59,712 nt of DNA, taken from NCBI GenBank assembly GCA_039822165.1, contig JBCBMS010000017.1:1-59712 (forward strand), written 5' to 3'. A program made the position numbers and the translations under genes. The notes under the pieces are model-generated. The model made no database searches, was not told the origin of the DNA, and was given only the letters and a program-made list of their open reading frames with translations. Below are positions 17,037 through 27,189 of the stretch, piece by piece. The stretch comes from Chloroflexota bacterium (GTDB lineage: Bacteria > Chloroflexota > Anaerolineae > Aggregatilineales > Phototrophicaceae). How positions within the stretch are numbered: the first letter of the stretch is position 1; each line of letters starts with the position of its first letter.

Positions 17037-17861
17037 CTATGGCATGTCCGTTGGTGCCCATTGTGCGTTCATCTCATGCAATTTCGCTTCACCGAAGAAG
17101 TGTTGTGCGTACCGGCTTGCATAAATCGCCTGAAAATGTGCTGCGTCTATCGTCAGCGCCTGCTTGAATGCCTTATACGCCGCGCCATAGTGATTCGTCT
17201 CGCCCACGTTCGTGCGTGTAATCTGTAAATCTGGCAATCCCACAAACTCACCTACGATCTGTGACTTCACCGCGTCGTCCATCTCCGTCCGCACAATCAG
17301 CACGTCGTACAGGTCAGTGGTGAAGCGCGTGTGCCCCGCCTCCCGGTCGAACGGGTGCGCGTACACATCCACGCCCAGGAAGCGCTCCGGTTCCCGTTCG
17401 AACCACGTCAGCTTGTCCGTATGACGACCTTCCGCGAAGTACTTCTCGTTGAACGTCGCGCTCAGTTCTTCCGGGGACATCGTTTGATACGAGTTTTCGT
17501 CGCCGGTCATCCAGTGCAGCTTGGGGAGAAAGTCCGAAACCATCAGCGCGACGGGGTTGCGCACAATGAAGATTACCTTTGCCGGACGGCGAGGCTTCGC
17601 GATGTGCTGGTACACCCATTTCACTGTGCCGCGCTTGCCCCGCTCATTGTCGGGATCCATATCCTCGATCTTGAACACGAACGCATTCCGGTTATACAGC
17701 GCATAGAACATCGCAATTGACCCCACGCGCCCGGTACAGTAAATCAGCACGGGCAGGTCACGCTTGAGGTAGTAGCGTGTGTAAATCTCGGCGGCACGGG
17801 CAATTTTATAGGTCAGGCTGCTCTGCTGGACGGGCATGGAGATCTGGTTCCTGCTGTTCAT
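17037..17861 (-). CDS. sulfotransferase-like P-loop protein (capsular polysaccharide synthesis-like)
   Basis: 274 aa; PVLIYCTGRVGS 5'-PSB-like motif. Confidence 0.5.
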   Translation of the reverse strand: MNSRNQISMPVQQSSLTYKIARAAEIYTRYYLKRDLPVLIYCTGRVGSIAMFYALYNRNAFVFKIEDMDPDNERGKRGTVKWVYQHIAKPRRPAKVIFIVRNPVALMVSDFLPKLHWMTGDENSYQTMSPEELSATFNEKYFAEGRHTDKLTWFEREPERFLGVDVYAHPFDREAGHTRFTTDLYDVLIVRTEMDDAVKSQIVGEFVGLPDLQITRTNVGETNHYGAAYKAFKQALTIDAAHFQAIYASRYAQHFFGEAKLHEMNAQWAPTDMP

Positions 17862-17950
17862 GTTAATCCGGCGAATTCTAATGCCATCACGCGAAAAATG
17901 CAGGGGAGACCCGGCAGGCCGAACCGCTCCTGCCAGGTTACATCATCAGT

Positions 17951-18433
17951 TCATCCGGTGTGCTGACCCGGATCGGCCATTGCAAACAAATCCGTATCAA
18001 TTCGGCGCAGAATCTCTATCGCTTCCTCACGTGTGTCGCAGATGCGGTACTCCAGTCGTAGTGATTGCAAAATTACGCTGGCAAGGAAGCCAAATATCTT
18101 CGGCAGGTTCGGGGCGACCAATACGGTCATGCCCTGGCGGTCGTCTTTTTCCTCGTTTGTGGCAGAAACCAGCATACGAACGTTGGCCGGTGCGGCTGAA
18201 AAATCACTGACATCGGCAATCGCATGAACCTTATATGAAGACTGGCCAACATACTCGAATGAATCCCTGTGCAGTTGCTCGAACTCCTGTACAGAGATGT
18301 TCCCGCTGATTTCGATGAGCATAACGCGGTCCTGGATATGCCATGAGATGTTGTAGGGCATAGTAGGGTTCTCACTCAGGAAACGGATACCCTTTTTATA
18401 CCATACTGAACAATATGTCTCCTTTAACGCCAT
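17951..18433 (-). CDS. hypothetical protein
   Basis: 160-aa ORF, no recognisable motif. Confidence 0.5.
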   Translation of the reverse strand: MALKETYCSVWYKKGIRFLSENPTMPYNISWHIQDRVMLIEISGNISVQEFEQLHRDSFEYVGQSSYKVHAIADVSDFSAAPANVRMLVSATNEEKDDRQGMTVLVAPNLPKIFGFLASVILQSLRLEYRICDTREEAIEILRRIDTDLFAMADPGQHTG

Positions 18434-18466
18434 GTTTAACCTGTCGGTTCCACCGTCAGACCCCGA

Positions 18467-21049
18467 TTAAAACCTATCGTAAATGAACGGTGAAGCCGAT
18501 GACTCGACAGGTTCCAATCGCAGCACCGCCCCGTCTGCAATGCTATCCCGCGTCCAGTGCATCGGCCCATACTCCACTGCAATCCAGCGTTCGGCCTGGT
18601 CATCATATTGCGAACTGAAGGGGTGGCCGCTCTGCCCGGTGGGAATAATGCTCAGGCTGCGGTCAAAGTCGCTCAGGTCGATAATCATTCGCTGCGAGAC
18701 AATCGCGCCTGTAGTACCGAAACCTCGATTAGTGCGCCAGCGCATATTGTTGATGACCGTATCTGTTCCGCCCGTGGGATACGGCCCCCGATTGAACACA
18801 CCTTCAATGAACTCAACGCCGCTCAGTCCCAGCGGATTGTGCGTGTGCAGCACGAAATGCGCATTATCCCACCGCCACGCCGCCCGGTCAGCACCATGAT
18901 CGGCTTCCACAGCGGCCAGTGCGGCAGCGAACGCCTCACGCAGAATGTCGTCACGGGTTTCCGTGACATCTGTTTCTGCGTCATCCCACCAGATGTTGTC
19001 GGGGTCGCTCATCAGCATGTGAACCGCCCACTTATTGCGTCCACTGCCGTTCACCATATAGGCTCTGTCTTCCGGTAGCTGGTCAGAAAGCGCTCTGCGA
19101 GGAAGCTCCACCCACAGGTAGCTGAAAAACAGTGCGTGCGCACTCTCCGCCGCATAATCATAGTCCCACTCGGCCAGCCAGTCGCGCACCGCGTTAAGCC
19201 GCTCATCGTCGTAATCCAGCCCGGTGAAGAACGGCACAGTATCCGCCGCATGACTGCTGTAGGTATCCGCTTGCATCTTACTGAACGTGTTCACCGAGTG
19301 TGGCGCGTTGTCTTCTATCATCAAGTGAATGCGGTCGGCGCGATAGGCGTAGGCATAGTTCGTCTGGAAAAAAGCATTTACGTCGCCATCCAGTTCTTCT
19401 GCCAGCGCCGCATAATACCCCGCCGGGGCCGTGACCTGATTGGCAGAGGCAATGTAGCCGCGCTCCGGGTTATAGGTAGACGGCAGCAGATCAAACGGAA
19501 CATAGCCGCGCCACTCGTAGTCGTCCGTCCAGCCTGGAACCGGCGTGAACCCGTCGTGGTCAGCGGCCCGCACCGGTACGTTCCCCGGCATCTGATACCC
19601 GATGTTGCCGTCCACATCCGCATACAGGAAATTCTGCGACGGGCCATCCCACAGGCGCAGCGCCTCACGGAAGTCGTCCCAGTTTTGCGCGGTATTTAGC
19701 AGCACCGCCGATTGCAGCAACGTGCTGGTCTCTGCTATGGATGTCCAGCGTAGCGCCATCGGATTTTCTGTGTTGAAGCCAGTCAGTTCCCCATCTTCGT
19801 AGCTGTTGTCGTTGATGACCGGCCCCAGATGCGTCTCGCGCACGGTGATTTCTACTGGCTCGCTGCCATCTCCGAACTCGATGATTTCGGTATAGGTCGT
19901 CATGTCGCGCATTTTGCCGTTCCACTCATATTGCAGCGGATTCTCCGGGTTCACGCGCAGCAGGTAGTTATCCTGGCTGTCGATGCCGGTATTCGTCACG
20001 GCCCACGCCACGCGCTCGTTGTGCCCGTAGATAATCATGGGAATGGGTGGCAGCGCAAACCCGACGACATTAAACGGGCAATCGTCGTTTACCTCCACGC
20101 AGTGCAGGCCCACCTCATACCACACCGCCGGGATGTTCACACTCAGGTGCGTGTCCCCGGCAATCAGTGGCAGGCCACTTTCGGTCAGCTCACCGCTGAC
20201 CACCCAGTTGTTGCTGCCAATGTCGATGCCGTGCCCGAAGTAAATCGACTGCATCGGGTCAACATTCCCGGCCAGTGTCGTTTCCCCGATGTGCGGCGGG
20301 GCAGTTGTACTGCGCGTCCGTTCGGTATCGCTCATCAGGGGCAATTCGTCTGCCTGTAAAATGCTCGGATGTGCGTCATACGGAAAGGCCGGGAAAAAAT
20401 CCGCCAGCATCTCCGGCGATAATCCCGCGTCCAGCAGGGCCGCCCGGTTGAGTTCCACGCCGCGATTACCACTCAGATCCCATGACAGCACTTTGCCCCA
20501 CACCACGGTATCCAGCGGCGTCCACGGTTCTATTTCGAACGTCACCCCCGTCAGGCCCAGCACCGTATACTCCAGCGCCAGGTCAGCGGGCGCTTTGCCG
20601 CCGATATACGCATTCACGCCATCGGCAAAGGCCTGCAAGTAGCTCAGTGTCTCGTCGTCCATCGCGTCAATATCGCGCTGTGCAGAGCGCGTCCAGCCCA
20701 CCGTACGGATAAACGTATCCACGCCGCGTATTTCCTCGTTCAGCCCCACCAGTTCACTCAGGCGGCCATGCCCCGTGTGCCTGCTGAACTCCATCTGCCA
20801 CCAGCGATCCTGGGCCTGTGTGTAGCCCTGCGCAAACAACAGGTCATGCGTGTTCGTCGCGTAGATGTGCGGCACACCCCGCGCATCGCGCACCACCTCG
20901 ACCGTCTCTTTTAGCCCGTCAACCGGTACCGTGCCGCTGTGTTGTGGCAACACCCCGTGTGTGCGATCCCGGACGATGAATGCGCCGGTTGCCACCAGGA
21001 TCACCACCACCGCGAGTAAAATCAGCAAAATGTTCCGCAATAATTTCAT
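18467..21049 (-). CDS. penicillin acylase family Ntn-hydrolase (possible AHL/penicillin amidase), secreted
   Basis: 860 aa; signal peptide; GSNNWVVSG beta-subunit N-terminal Ser motif. Confidence 0.8.
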   Translation of the reverse strand: MKLLRNILLILLAVVVILVATGAFIVRDRTHGVLPQHSGTVPVDGLKETVEVVRDARGVPHIYATNTHDLLFAQGYTQAQDRWWQMEFSRHTGHGRLSELVGLNEEIRGVDTFIRTVGWTRSAQRDIDAMDDETLSYLQAFADGVNAYIGGKAPADLALEYTVLGLTGVTFEIEPWTPLDTVVWGKVLSWDLSGNRGVELNRAALLDAGLSPEMLADFFPAFPYDAHPSILQADELPLMSDTERTRSTTAPPHIGETTLAGNVDPMQSIYFGHGIDIGSNNWVVSGELTESGLPLIAGDTHLSVNIPAVWYEVGLHCVEVNDDCPFNVVGFALPPIPMIIYGHNERVAWAVTNTGIDSQDNYLLRVNPENPLQYEWNGKMRDMTTYTEIIEFGDGSEPVEITVRETHLGPVINDNSYEDGELTGFNTENPMALRWTSIAETSTLLQSAVLLNTAQNWDDFREALRLWDGPSQNFLYADVDGNIGYQMPGNVPVRAADHDGFTPVPGWTDDYEWRGYVPFDLLPSTYNPERGYIASANQVTAPAGYYAALAEELDGDVNAFFQTNYAYAYRADRIHLMIEDNAPHSVNTFSKMQADTYSSHAADTVPFFTGLDYDDERLNAVRDWLAEWDYDYAAESAHALFFSYLWVELPRRALSDQLPEDRAYMVNGSGRNKWAVHMLMSDPDNIWWDDAETDVTETRDDILREAFAAALAAVEADHGADRAAWRWDNAHFVLHTHNPLGLSGVEFIEGVFNRGPYPTGGTDTVINNMRWRTNRGFGTTGAIVSQRMIIDLSDFDRSLSIIPTGQSGHPFSSQYDDQAERWIAVEYGPMHWTRDSIADGAVLRLEPVESSASPFIYDRF

Positions 21050-21182
21050 GATCGTTGCTTTTCCAGAATAATCTTCGTCTCGTCAGGTCACAGAGCATGG
21101 CCCACACCCGGTCAGTTGTCAACTTGCCCATGCCCCACAACAAAAACTTAAAAATCAGGTCAAAAATCTGTGAGAGTCATGT

Positions 21183-21211
21183 TTGAACAATGGGAATGAT
21201 AGTGTTAAAAT
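21183..21211 (+). promoter_or_regulatory. sigma70-like promoter (TTGAAC-17-TAAAAT) upstream of nuoJ
   Basis: Motif match by eye. Confidence 0.3.
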
Positions 21212-21265
21212 GCACAATCGTTTTTGCAAGAGCCTACAAATGACCCGGATGAGGGCAAGAAACTT

Positions 21266-22576
21266 ATGACAGGATTGTTCATTATAGTGGGTGTGGTGGC
21301 TGTGGTCGCCGCAGTCATGATGTTGCTCAGCGACAACGCGGTGCACAGTGCGCTGTTCTTGATTCTGAACTTCGCGTGTGTCGCGTTTTTCTATCTGATG
21401 TTAGATGCCCCGTTCCTGGCAATGGTGCAGATTGCCGTCTATGCGGGCGCGATCATGGTGTTGTTCCTGTTCGTGATCATGTTGCTCGGCGCGGAACAGG
21501 CGGAATCCATTGTGTCGGTCTCCGCAGGGCTGCCCGGTTCCCGCCGCTACACCATCGTAGCGGCTGCGCTGGCACTGGTTCTGCTGGTGACGGTCGGGTT
21601 CGCGCTCACTGGCGACACAATTGACGACATTGAACCGACGGCTAACCCGGTCGTACGGGTCGTTCACGGAGCCGCAACAGTGAGCCGCGCAGACATCGAA
21701 CTGGACGGCATCGTCATTGCAGAAGATGTTGTCTACGGCGAAGTCACCCGCATGCTGGAAATCGCCCCCGGTGACCACGAGGTCGTGGTATTCGATTCGG
21801 AGACTGGCGAGGTGATTCAGTCCGGCACACTGGCCATCGAAGCGCCAGAAACGCCCAACACGGTGATGACCGTACTGGTCTACGATACCTACGAGACGCT
21901 CATCAACAGCGGCGAGGCCACACAGGCACTTACCGCGTTCGAGCAGGATTTGAACCCGCCGACCGGTGATTATGCCCGCGTGACAGTGTTTAACGGTCTT
22001 GGCCAGCCCATCAGCTTCCACGATACCGGTGTGTTCGGGCGCACGGGAGATACGTTCGTGTATGCATCTGACCTGGCACCGGGTACCGCCAGTGACGCCC
22101 TGTTGCTGGATGAGGGCCGTTATCGCTCACTGCGGGTGGTGCGCCCCGCCGATGAAGAAGCGGACGACGGTGCAGGCGAACCACTGCTCACCATCCCGGA
22201 GCACACGTTTGAAACCAGTTCCGTGGTGCTGATGATGGTTAACGCGGTGCCCAATACCGAGTTCCCGACCATCCGCTACAGCGTGACGGAAACACTGGCC
22301 ACGTTCGGTAGCCCACAGGCTGTGGGGCAACGCCTGTTCGTGGAATACCTGCTGCCGATGCAGCTTGTGGCACTGGTGCTGCTGGCCGCACTTGTTGGCG
22401 TTATCGTCATTGCGCAGCGCCAGGTGGAACCATCCGCCGCTCGTCAGAGCGCTGCTCGTCGTCCGGTTCGCCGCCGCGTGAGCCGCCCGCTGGCCAGTGT
22501 GATTACCAGCCAGGTGGCACCCGACGCGCCAGATGGCACACAACTGAAGTCCGGCGACGAACCCGCTGGGGACTGA
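21266..22576 (+). CDS. nuoJ: NADH-quinone oxidoreductase subunit J with ~280-aa inserted soluble beta-rich domain between TM4 and the last TM helix
   Basis: N-terminal NuoJ TM1-4 (AVYAGAIMVLFLFVIMLLG), C-terminal YLLPMQLVALVLLAALVGVIVIA; central DUF4397-like repeats. Confidence 0.8.
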   Translation: MTGLFIIVGVVAVVAAVMMLLSDNAVHSALFLILNFACVAFFYLMLDAPFLAMVQIAVYAGAIMVLFLFVIMLLGAEQAESIVSVSAGLPGSRRYTIVAAALALVLLVTVGFALTGDTIDDIEPTANPVVRVVHGAATVSRADIELDGIVIAEDVVYGEVTRMLEIAPGDHEVVVFDSETGEVIQSGTLAIEAPETPNTVMTVLVYDTYETLINSGEATQALTAFEQDLNPPTGDYARVTVFNGLGQPISFHDTGVFGRTGDTFVYASDLAPGTASDALLLDEGRYRSLRVVRPADEEADDGAGEPLLTIPEHTFETSSVVLMMVNAVPNTEFPTIRYSVTETLATFGSPQAVGQRLFVEYLLPMQLVALVLLAALVGVIVIAQRQVEPSAARQSAARRPVRRRVSRPLASVITSQVAPDAPDGTQLKSGDEPAGD

Positions 22577-22615
22577 CCCTTACTGGAAACCGTGATGCCG
22601 CGCATTGAATCGTAC

Positions 22616-22636
22616 GGGTGAGGCCATGCCTCGCCC
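22616..22636. repeat. REP-like hairpin after nuoJ
   Basis: gggtgaggc-cat-gcctcgccc. Confidence 0.45.
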
Positions 22637-22673
22637 ACATGATGCGCCTGCACCTTAATTATCAGGAGAATTC

Positions 22674-22991
22674 ATGTTACCGCCATCTCCCGTAGAAGTA
22701 GAAGCATTTGTGATTTTAAGTTTCGTCCTGTTCGTGATTGGAACATTGGGCGTCGTCCTGCGCAAGAACGCGATTCTCGTGTTCATGTCCGTAGAGCTGA
22801 TGCTCAACGCCGGTAACCTGGCACTGGTAGCATTTGCACGCCAGTGGTCAAACATTGACGGGCAACTGTTCGTATTTTTCGTTATGACGGTGGCGGCAGC
22901 CGAGGTTGCCGTGGGGCTGGCGCTGATTGTGGCAATCTTCCGCAGCAAGCACAGCATCAACATCGACGAACTGCATCAATTAGAAGGCTAA
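22674..22991 (+). CDS. nuoK: NADH-quinone oxidoreductase subunit K
   Basis: 105 aa, canonical NuoK sequence ([17 protein letters not shown]). Confidence 0.9.
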   Translation: MLPPSPVEVEAFVILSFVLFVIGTLGVVLRKNAILVFMSVELMLNAGNLALVAFARQWSNIDGQLFVFFVMTVAAAEVAVGLALIVAIFRSKHSINIDELHQLEG

Positions 22992-23027
22992 CACTGCAAC
23001 GGCGGGTTGTAACGTGGGTAGGGGCGT

Positions 23028-23055
23028 AGCGCGTTGCGCCCCTACGACAAACGGT
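23028..23055. repeat. REP-like 28-nt palindrome GTAGGGGCG...CGCCCCTAC after nuoK
   Basis: gtaggggcgtagcgcgttgcgcccctac. Confidence 0.6.
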
Positions 23056-23085
23056 ATTGTCCGCTGACATGCGAGAGGATTTGTA

Positions 23086-25542
23086 ATGGCACAAATCGTA
23101 CCCTTAATTATTTTGATCCCTGCACTGGGAGCGTTTATCAACATTTTCTGGGGGTCGCGCCTCAAGGAAGATCAGTCTGCACTGGTGGGCATCTTCGCAT
23201 CATCCGGCGCGTTCATCATTGCGCTCCTGCTGTACTTTAACCTGCTCAACACCAACTATCAGGAAGCGATCATCAATCCGTTCTTCTTCGATAGCTGGAT
23301 TCGCGTCATCGCGGCGGACATCGAAATCCCGTGGCAGATGCGCGTGGATACGCTGAGCGTGACAATGATGCTTGTCATCACGGGCGTGGGAACACTGATT
23401 CACGTCTATGCCCGTGGTTATATGCACGGTGATCCGCTCTTTTCTCGTTTTTTCGCCTATCTCAACATGTTCCTCGCGTTCATGTTGATTCTGGTAACCG
23501 GCAACAACCTGCTCATGCTGTTCGTCGGCTGGGAAGGTGTGGGCCTCATGTCCTACCTGCTCATCGGCTTCTGGTTCAGCAAACCGAAGGGCGAGGGTTA
23601 CCAGAATGCCAACGCCGCCCGCAAGGCGTTCATTGCCAACCGCGTGGGCGACTTCGGCCTGCTGATGGCCATGTTCCTCACCTTCTGGACGTTCGGCACG
23701 CTGGACTTTTTCAAGCCCGGCGAGGTCATCAACCCGAACTACCAGACCGGCGCGGCCTTCGGTAGCTCATATAGTGATAGCTACGACGACCACGGCGCAG
23801 AAGACGACCACAGCGAAGAGGCTGTTGGTGAAGAACAGGCCGCTATCCCCGGCACGAACTTCGTGCTCACGTCCAACCTCGCCGTAGAAGAACCCGTTCC
23901 CGGTGAGGGCGAAGCCCACGGCACAGACGCCGCCATCGCTGCAAACCCGGCCTTCCCGGATAACTCCCACCTGACAATGGAGCAGATGGGTATGTTCGGC
24001 CAGGCAGAGCGCATCATTGCCGAACAGGAATCATCCGGCGAAGTGCGCATGGTACAGTTCGGGCCGTTCGAAATGCGCTTCGGTGTCGTGATTACGATTA
24101 TCACGCTGTTTATGCTGCTCGGCGCGAGTGGTAAATCCGCGCAGATTCCGTTGTTCGTGTGGCTGCCAGACGCAATGGCTGGCCCCACGCCGGTGAGTGC
24201 GCTCATTCATGCGGCCACGATGGTGACGGCTGGTGTGTACATGATGGTGCGCAGCAACACGTTCTTCCATTATGCGGAGCTAACGTCGTTTATAGTCGCC
24301 ATCATCGGCATGACAACCGCGTTGATGGCCGGTTTCATTGCGATGGGCCAGTGGGACATCAAGCGCGTGCTGGCATACTCCACGGTGTCGCAACTTGGTT
24401 TCATGGTGACGGCAGTTGGCGTTCACGCCTACGTCCCGGCCATGTTCCACCTGGTGACGCACGCTTTCTTCAAGGCGCTGCTGTTCCTTGGCTCCGGCTC
24501 TGTCATCCATGGCGTTGAACACGGTCACCATCATGCCCACGAACACGGGCACGGTGACGACCACGGCCACGATGACCATCACGACGATCACCACGAAGAC
24601 GACTTCGACCCGCAGGACATGCGCAACATGGGCGGCCTGTACACGAAGATGCCGATCACGTTCTTTACCTACCTCATCGGTACGCTGGCCCTGGCTGGCA
24701 TCTACCCGTTTGCTGGCTTCTGGAGCAAGGACGAAATCCTCGCAGATAGCTGGGTGATTGGCGTGACCGAAGGTGGCCTGAAGGGCCTCAGCGGGTTCCT
24801 TGCACTGGTTGTGCTTCTCGTTGCAGCCGGGTTCACGGCATTCTATATGTGGCGTCAGATCGAACTCGTGTTCTTTGGCAAGCCGCGTACAGAAGCCGCC
24901 GAAAACGCACCGGAAAGCTCCTGGTGGATGCTGGTGCCGCTGATTGTACTGGCGTTCTTCAGCCTCACCCTGGGCGCGATGAACCAGCCGGGTACACACC
25001 GCTTTGCTATCTGGATTGAATACAGTGCGCTGCACGCCCATGCGAGTACCTTCCTGATACTGCTGGCGCTGATTGCGCTGTCGTTTGGTATCGGCGGTAT
25101 TGTGCTGGCGGCCCGCATCTATGGCCGCGATAAGGGCCTTGTGGACGGCAAAGACGCCCTCGAAGCCAACCCGCAGACGGCCCCGCTGTTCAACGCGGCG
25201 AACGCCCGCCTGTGGTGGGACGATGCGTACTTCGCTGTGTTCATCAACCCGTTCATCCGCGCTGGTAAGTTCCTGGCAGACCGCCTGGACTGGAAATTCC
25301 TGCACGATGACTTCCACGACGCACTGACGCACGGCTTCCAGCGGCTCGGTAGGGCGCTGGCCCGCCCGGTAGACCAGGGTGCCATTGACGGCACGGTTCT
25401 GGGCATTGGGCGCCTGGCACAGTGGGCCGGTGACCGTATGCGCCGCCCGCAGAACGGTTACGTCCGCACCTACGCGGTCATCCTGTTCTCCGGTGCCATT
25501 CTGGTGCTCATCTTCTTGCTTATCCCGTTGTTCGGCAACTAA
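23086..25542 (+). CDS. nuoL: NADH-quinone oxidoreductase subunit L with ~120-aa acidic insertion and a His-rich (HGHHHAHEHGHGDDHGHDDHHDDHHEDD) insertion
   Basis: 818 aa vs ~630 typical; conserved NuoL blocks flank the insertions. Confidence 0.85.
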   Translation: MAQIVPLIILIPALGAFINIFWGSRLKEDQSALVGIFASSGAFIIALLLYFNLLNTNYQEAIINPFFFDSWIRVIAADIEIPWQMRVDTLSVTMMLVITGVGTLIHVYARGYMHGDPLFSRFFAYLNMFLAFMLILVTGNNLLMLFVGWEGVGLMSYLLIGFWFSKPKGEGYQNANAARKAFIANRVGDFGLLMAMFLTFWTFGTLDFFKPGEVINPNYQTGAAFGSSYSDSYDDHGAEDDHSEEAVGEEQAAIPGTNFVLTSNLAVEEPVPGEGEAHGTDAAIAANPAFPDNSHLTMEQMGMFGQAERIIAEQESSGEVRMVQFGPFEMRFGVVITIITLFMLLGASGKSAQIPLFVWLPDAMAGPTPVSALIHAATMVTAGVYMMVRSNTFFHYAELTSFIVAIIGMTTALMAGFIAMGQWDIKRVLAYSTVSQLGFMVTAVGVHAYVPAMFHLVTHAFFKALLFLGSGSVIHGVEHGHHHAHEHGHGDDHGHDDHHDDHHEDDFDPQDMRNMGGLYTKMPITFFTYLIGTLALAGIYPFAGFWSKDEILADSWVIGVTEGGLKGLSGFLALVVLLVAAGFTAFYMWRQIELVFFGKPRTEAAENAPESSWWMLVPLIVLAFFSLTLGAMNQPGTHRFAIWIEYSALHAHASTFLILLALIALSFGIGGIVLAARIYGRDKGLVDGKDALEANPQTAPLFNAANARLWWDDAYFAVFINPFIRAGKFLADRLDWKFLHDDFHDALTHGFQRLGRALARPVDQGAIDGTVLGIGRLAQWAGDRMRRPQNGYVRTYAVILFSGAILVLIFLLIPLFGN

Positions 25543-25563
25543 CGCCACGATATAGAGGAAACG

Positions 25564-27186
25564 ATGTTTGACGATCTCTCAATTGTAACAATAACGCTGT
25601 TTTTGCCGATCATCGGCATGACCATCCTCATGTTCATGGACGAAGAGCAGGAGGGTACCATCAAGTGGACGGCATTCGGGTTCACCATTGCCACGTTCCT
25701 GTCCTCGCTGCTCATCTGGGTCGGCTACGATAATAGCGTCGCTGAACTGCAAATGGTGCAGCAGTGGACGTGGTTCAACTTTGGCGAGTTCAACGTGAAC
25801 TACTACGTTGGCGTGGACGGCCTGAGCCTGCTGCTGGTCATCCTGACCACCTTCATTATGCCGCTGGCCACACTCAGCAGCTTCGACTCCGGCGTGATTA
25901 AAGAACGCGGACGCTCCAAGCTGTACTATATGTTCCTGCTGCTGCTGGAATGGGCGATGCTCGGCGTGTTCGTCGTGCAGGATCTGTTCGTGTTCTACGT
26001 GTTCTGGGAAGTGTCCCTCGTCCCGATGTACTTCCTGATCGGCATCTGGGGGGCAGAGGAGCGCCGTTACGCTTCGATCAAGTTCTTCCTGTACACGATG
26101 GCCGGGTCGCTGCTGATGCTCATCGCGATTCTGTTCGTGGGCATCCAGGCCGGTACGTTCACGCTGCCGGGTGAAATGGGCATCCTGGCCCAGCTTGAAA
26201 GCGGCGCAATCGAGTTTGCATGGAACCCCGAAGCCCGTTTCGTGAGTGCGCAGTCGCTGCTGTTCCTTGGCTTCTTCATTGCCTTTGCGATCAAAGTGCC
26301 GGTGTGGCCGCTGCATAGCTGGCTGCCAGACGCGCACGTACAGGCGCCAACTGCCGGTTCTGTGATCCTGGCCGGTGTGCTGCTGAAGATGGGTACCTAC
26401 GGCATGGTTCGCTTTAACCTCGCCATGTTCCCGGAGGCCAGCGTGTACTTCGCCCCGTCGATTGCGGTACTCGCTGTTATCGGCATTATCTACGGCGCGT
26501 GGGTCAGCTATGCACAGACGGACGTGAAGAAGCTGGTCGCCTACTCGTCCATCAGCCACCTCGGCTTTGTGGTACTCGGTGTGTTCGCGCTCAACTCCGC
26601 CGGTATCAGCGGCGGCACCCTCCAGATGGTCAATCACGGTATCAGCACCGGTGGTCTGTTCCTTCTCGTGGGCATGCTGTACGAACGTCGCCACACCAAA
26701 GCTCTGGACGCCTTCGGTGGTGTGTGGAAGCTCATGCCGATTTACGGTGGCATCAGCCTGGTGGTTGTGCTTTCCAGTATGGGTTTGCCGGGGCTTAACG
26801 GCTTCGTCGGCGAGTTCGTGATTCTGCTGGGCAGCTACGGCAGTGCTGTACTCGGTGCTGTGTTCACCTTCTTTGCCGCCGCCGGTGTGATCCTGGCCGC
26901 CATCTACATGCTGCACATGTTCCAGAAGGTGTACCTGGGAGAGCCGACTGACGACGAACACATTCTGGAAGAATATAAGCCGCTTAACTGGCGCGAAATC
27001 GCCGTGATGATTCCGATTCTGATTGCGGTCATCCTGATTGGTCTGCGTCCGGCACCGTTCTTCGCCACGATGGATGCTTCTGTTGAAGCGCTGGTGGAAG
27101 ATAAGCTGGAAGTCGCCATTGACGAAGCGCTCAACCCTGAAGAGGGTGTTGCCTCTGCCGACCTCGTGATTGAGGAAACGGAGTAG
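25564..27186 (+). CDS. nuoM: NADH-quinone oxidoreductase subunit M
   Basis: 540 aa, canonical NuoM. Confidence 0.9.
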   Translation: MFDDLSIVTITLFLPIIGMTILMFMDEEQEGTIKWTAFGFTIATFLSSLLIWVGYDNSVAELQMVQQWTWFNFGEFNVNYYVGVDGLSLLLVILTTFIMPLATLSSFDSGVIKERGRSKLYYMFLLLLEWAMLGVFVVQDLFVFYVFWEVSLVPMYFLIGIWGAEERRYASIKFFLYTMAGSLLMLIAILFVGIQAGTFTLPGEMGILAQLESGAIEFAWNPEARFVSAQSLLFLGFFIAFAIKVPVWPLHSWLPDAHVQAPTAGSVILAGVLLKMGTYGMVRFNLAMFPEASVYFAPSIAVLAVIGIIYGAWVSYAQTDVKKLVAYSSISHLGFVVLGVFALNSAGISGGTLQMVNHGISTGGLFLLVGMLYERRHTKALDAFGGVWKLMPIYGGISLVVVLSSMGLPGLNGFVGEFVILLGSYGSAVLGAVFTFFAAAGVILAAIYMLHMFQKVYLGEPTDDEHILEEYKPLNWREIAVMIPILIAVILIGLRPAPFFATMDASVEALVEDKLEVAIDEALNPEEGVASADLVIEETE

Positions 27187-27189
27187 CGC

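Noticed and set aside
24524-24600. His/Asp-coding nucleotide low-complexity tract in nuoL
   Set aside because: It is part of the continuous NuoL reading frame (His-rich insertion), not an independent repeat element.
24280-26961. 422-aa and 460-aa minus-strand ORFs opposite nuoL/nuoM
   Set aside because: Antisense to highly conserved complex I genes. Their translations are His/Arg/Glu-rich nonsense.
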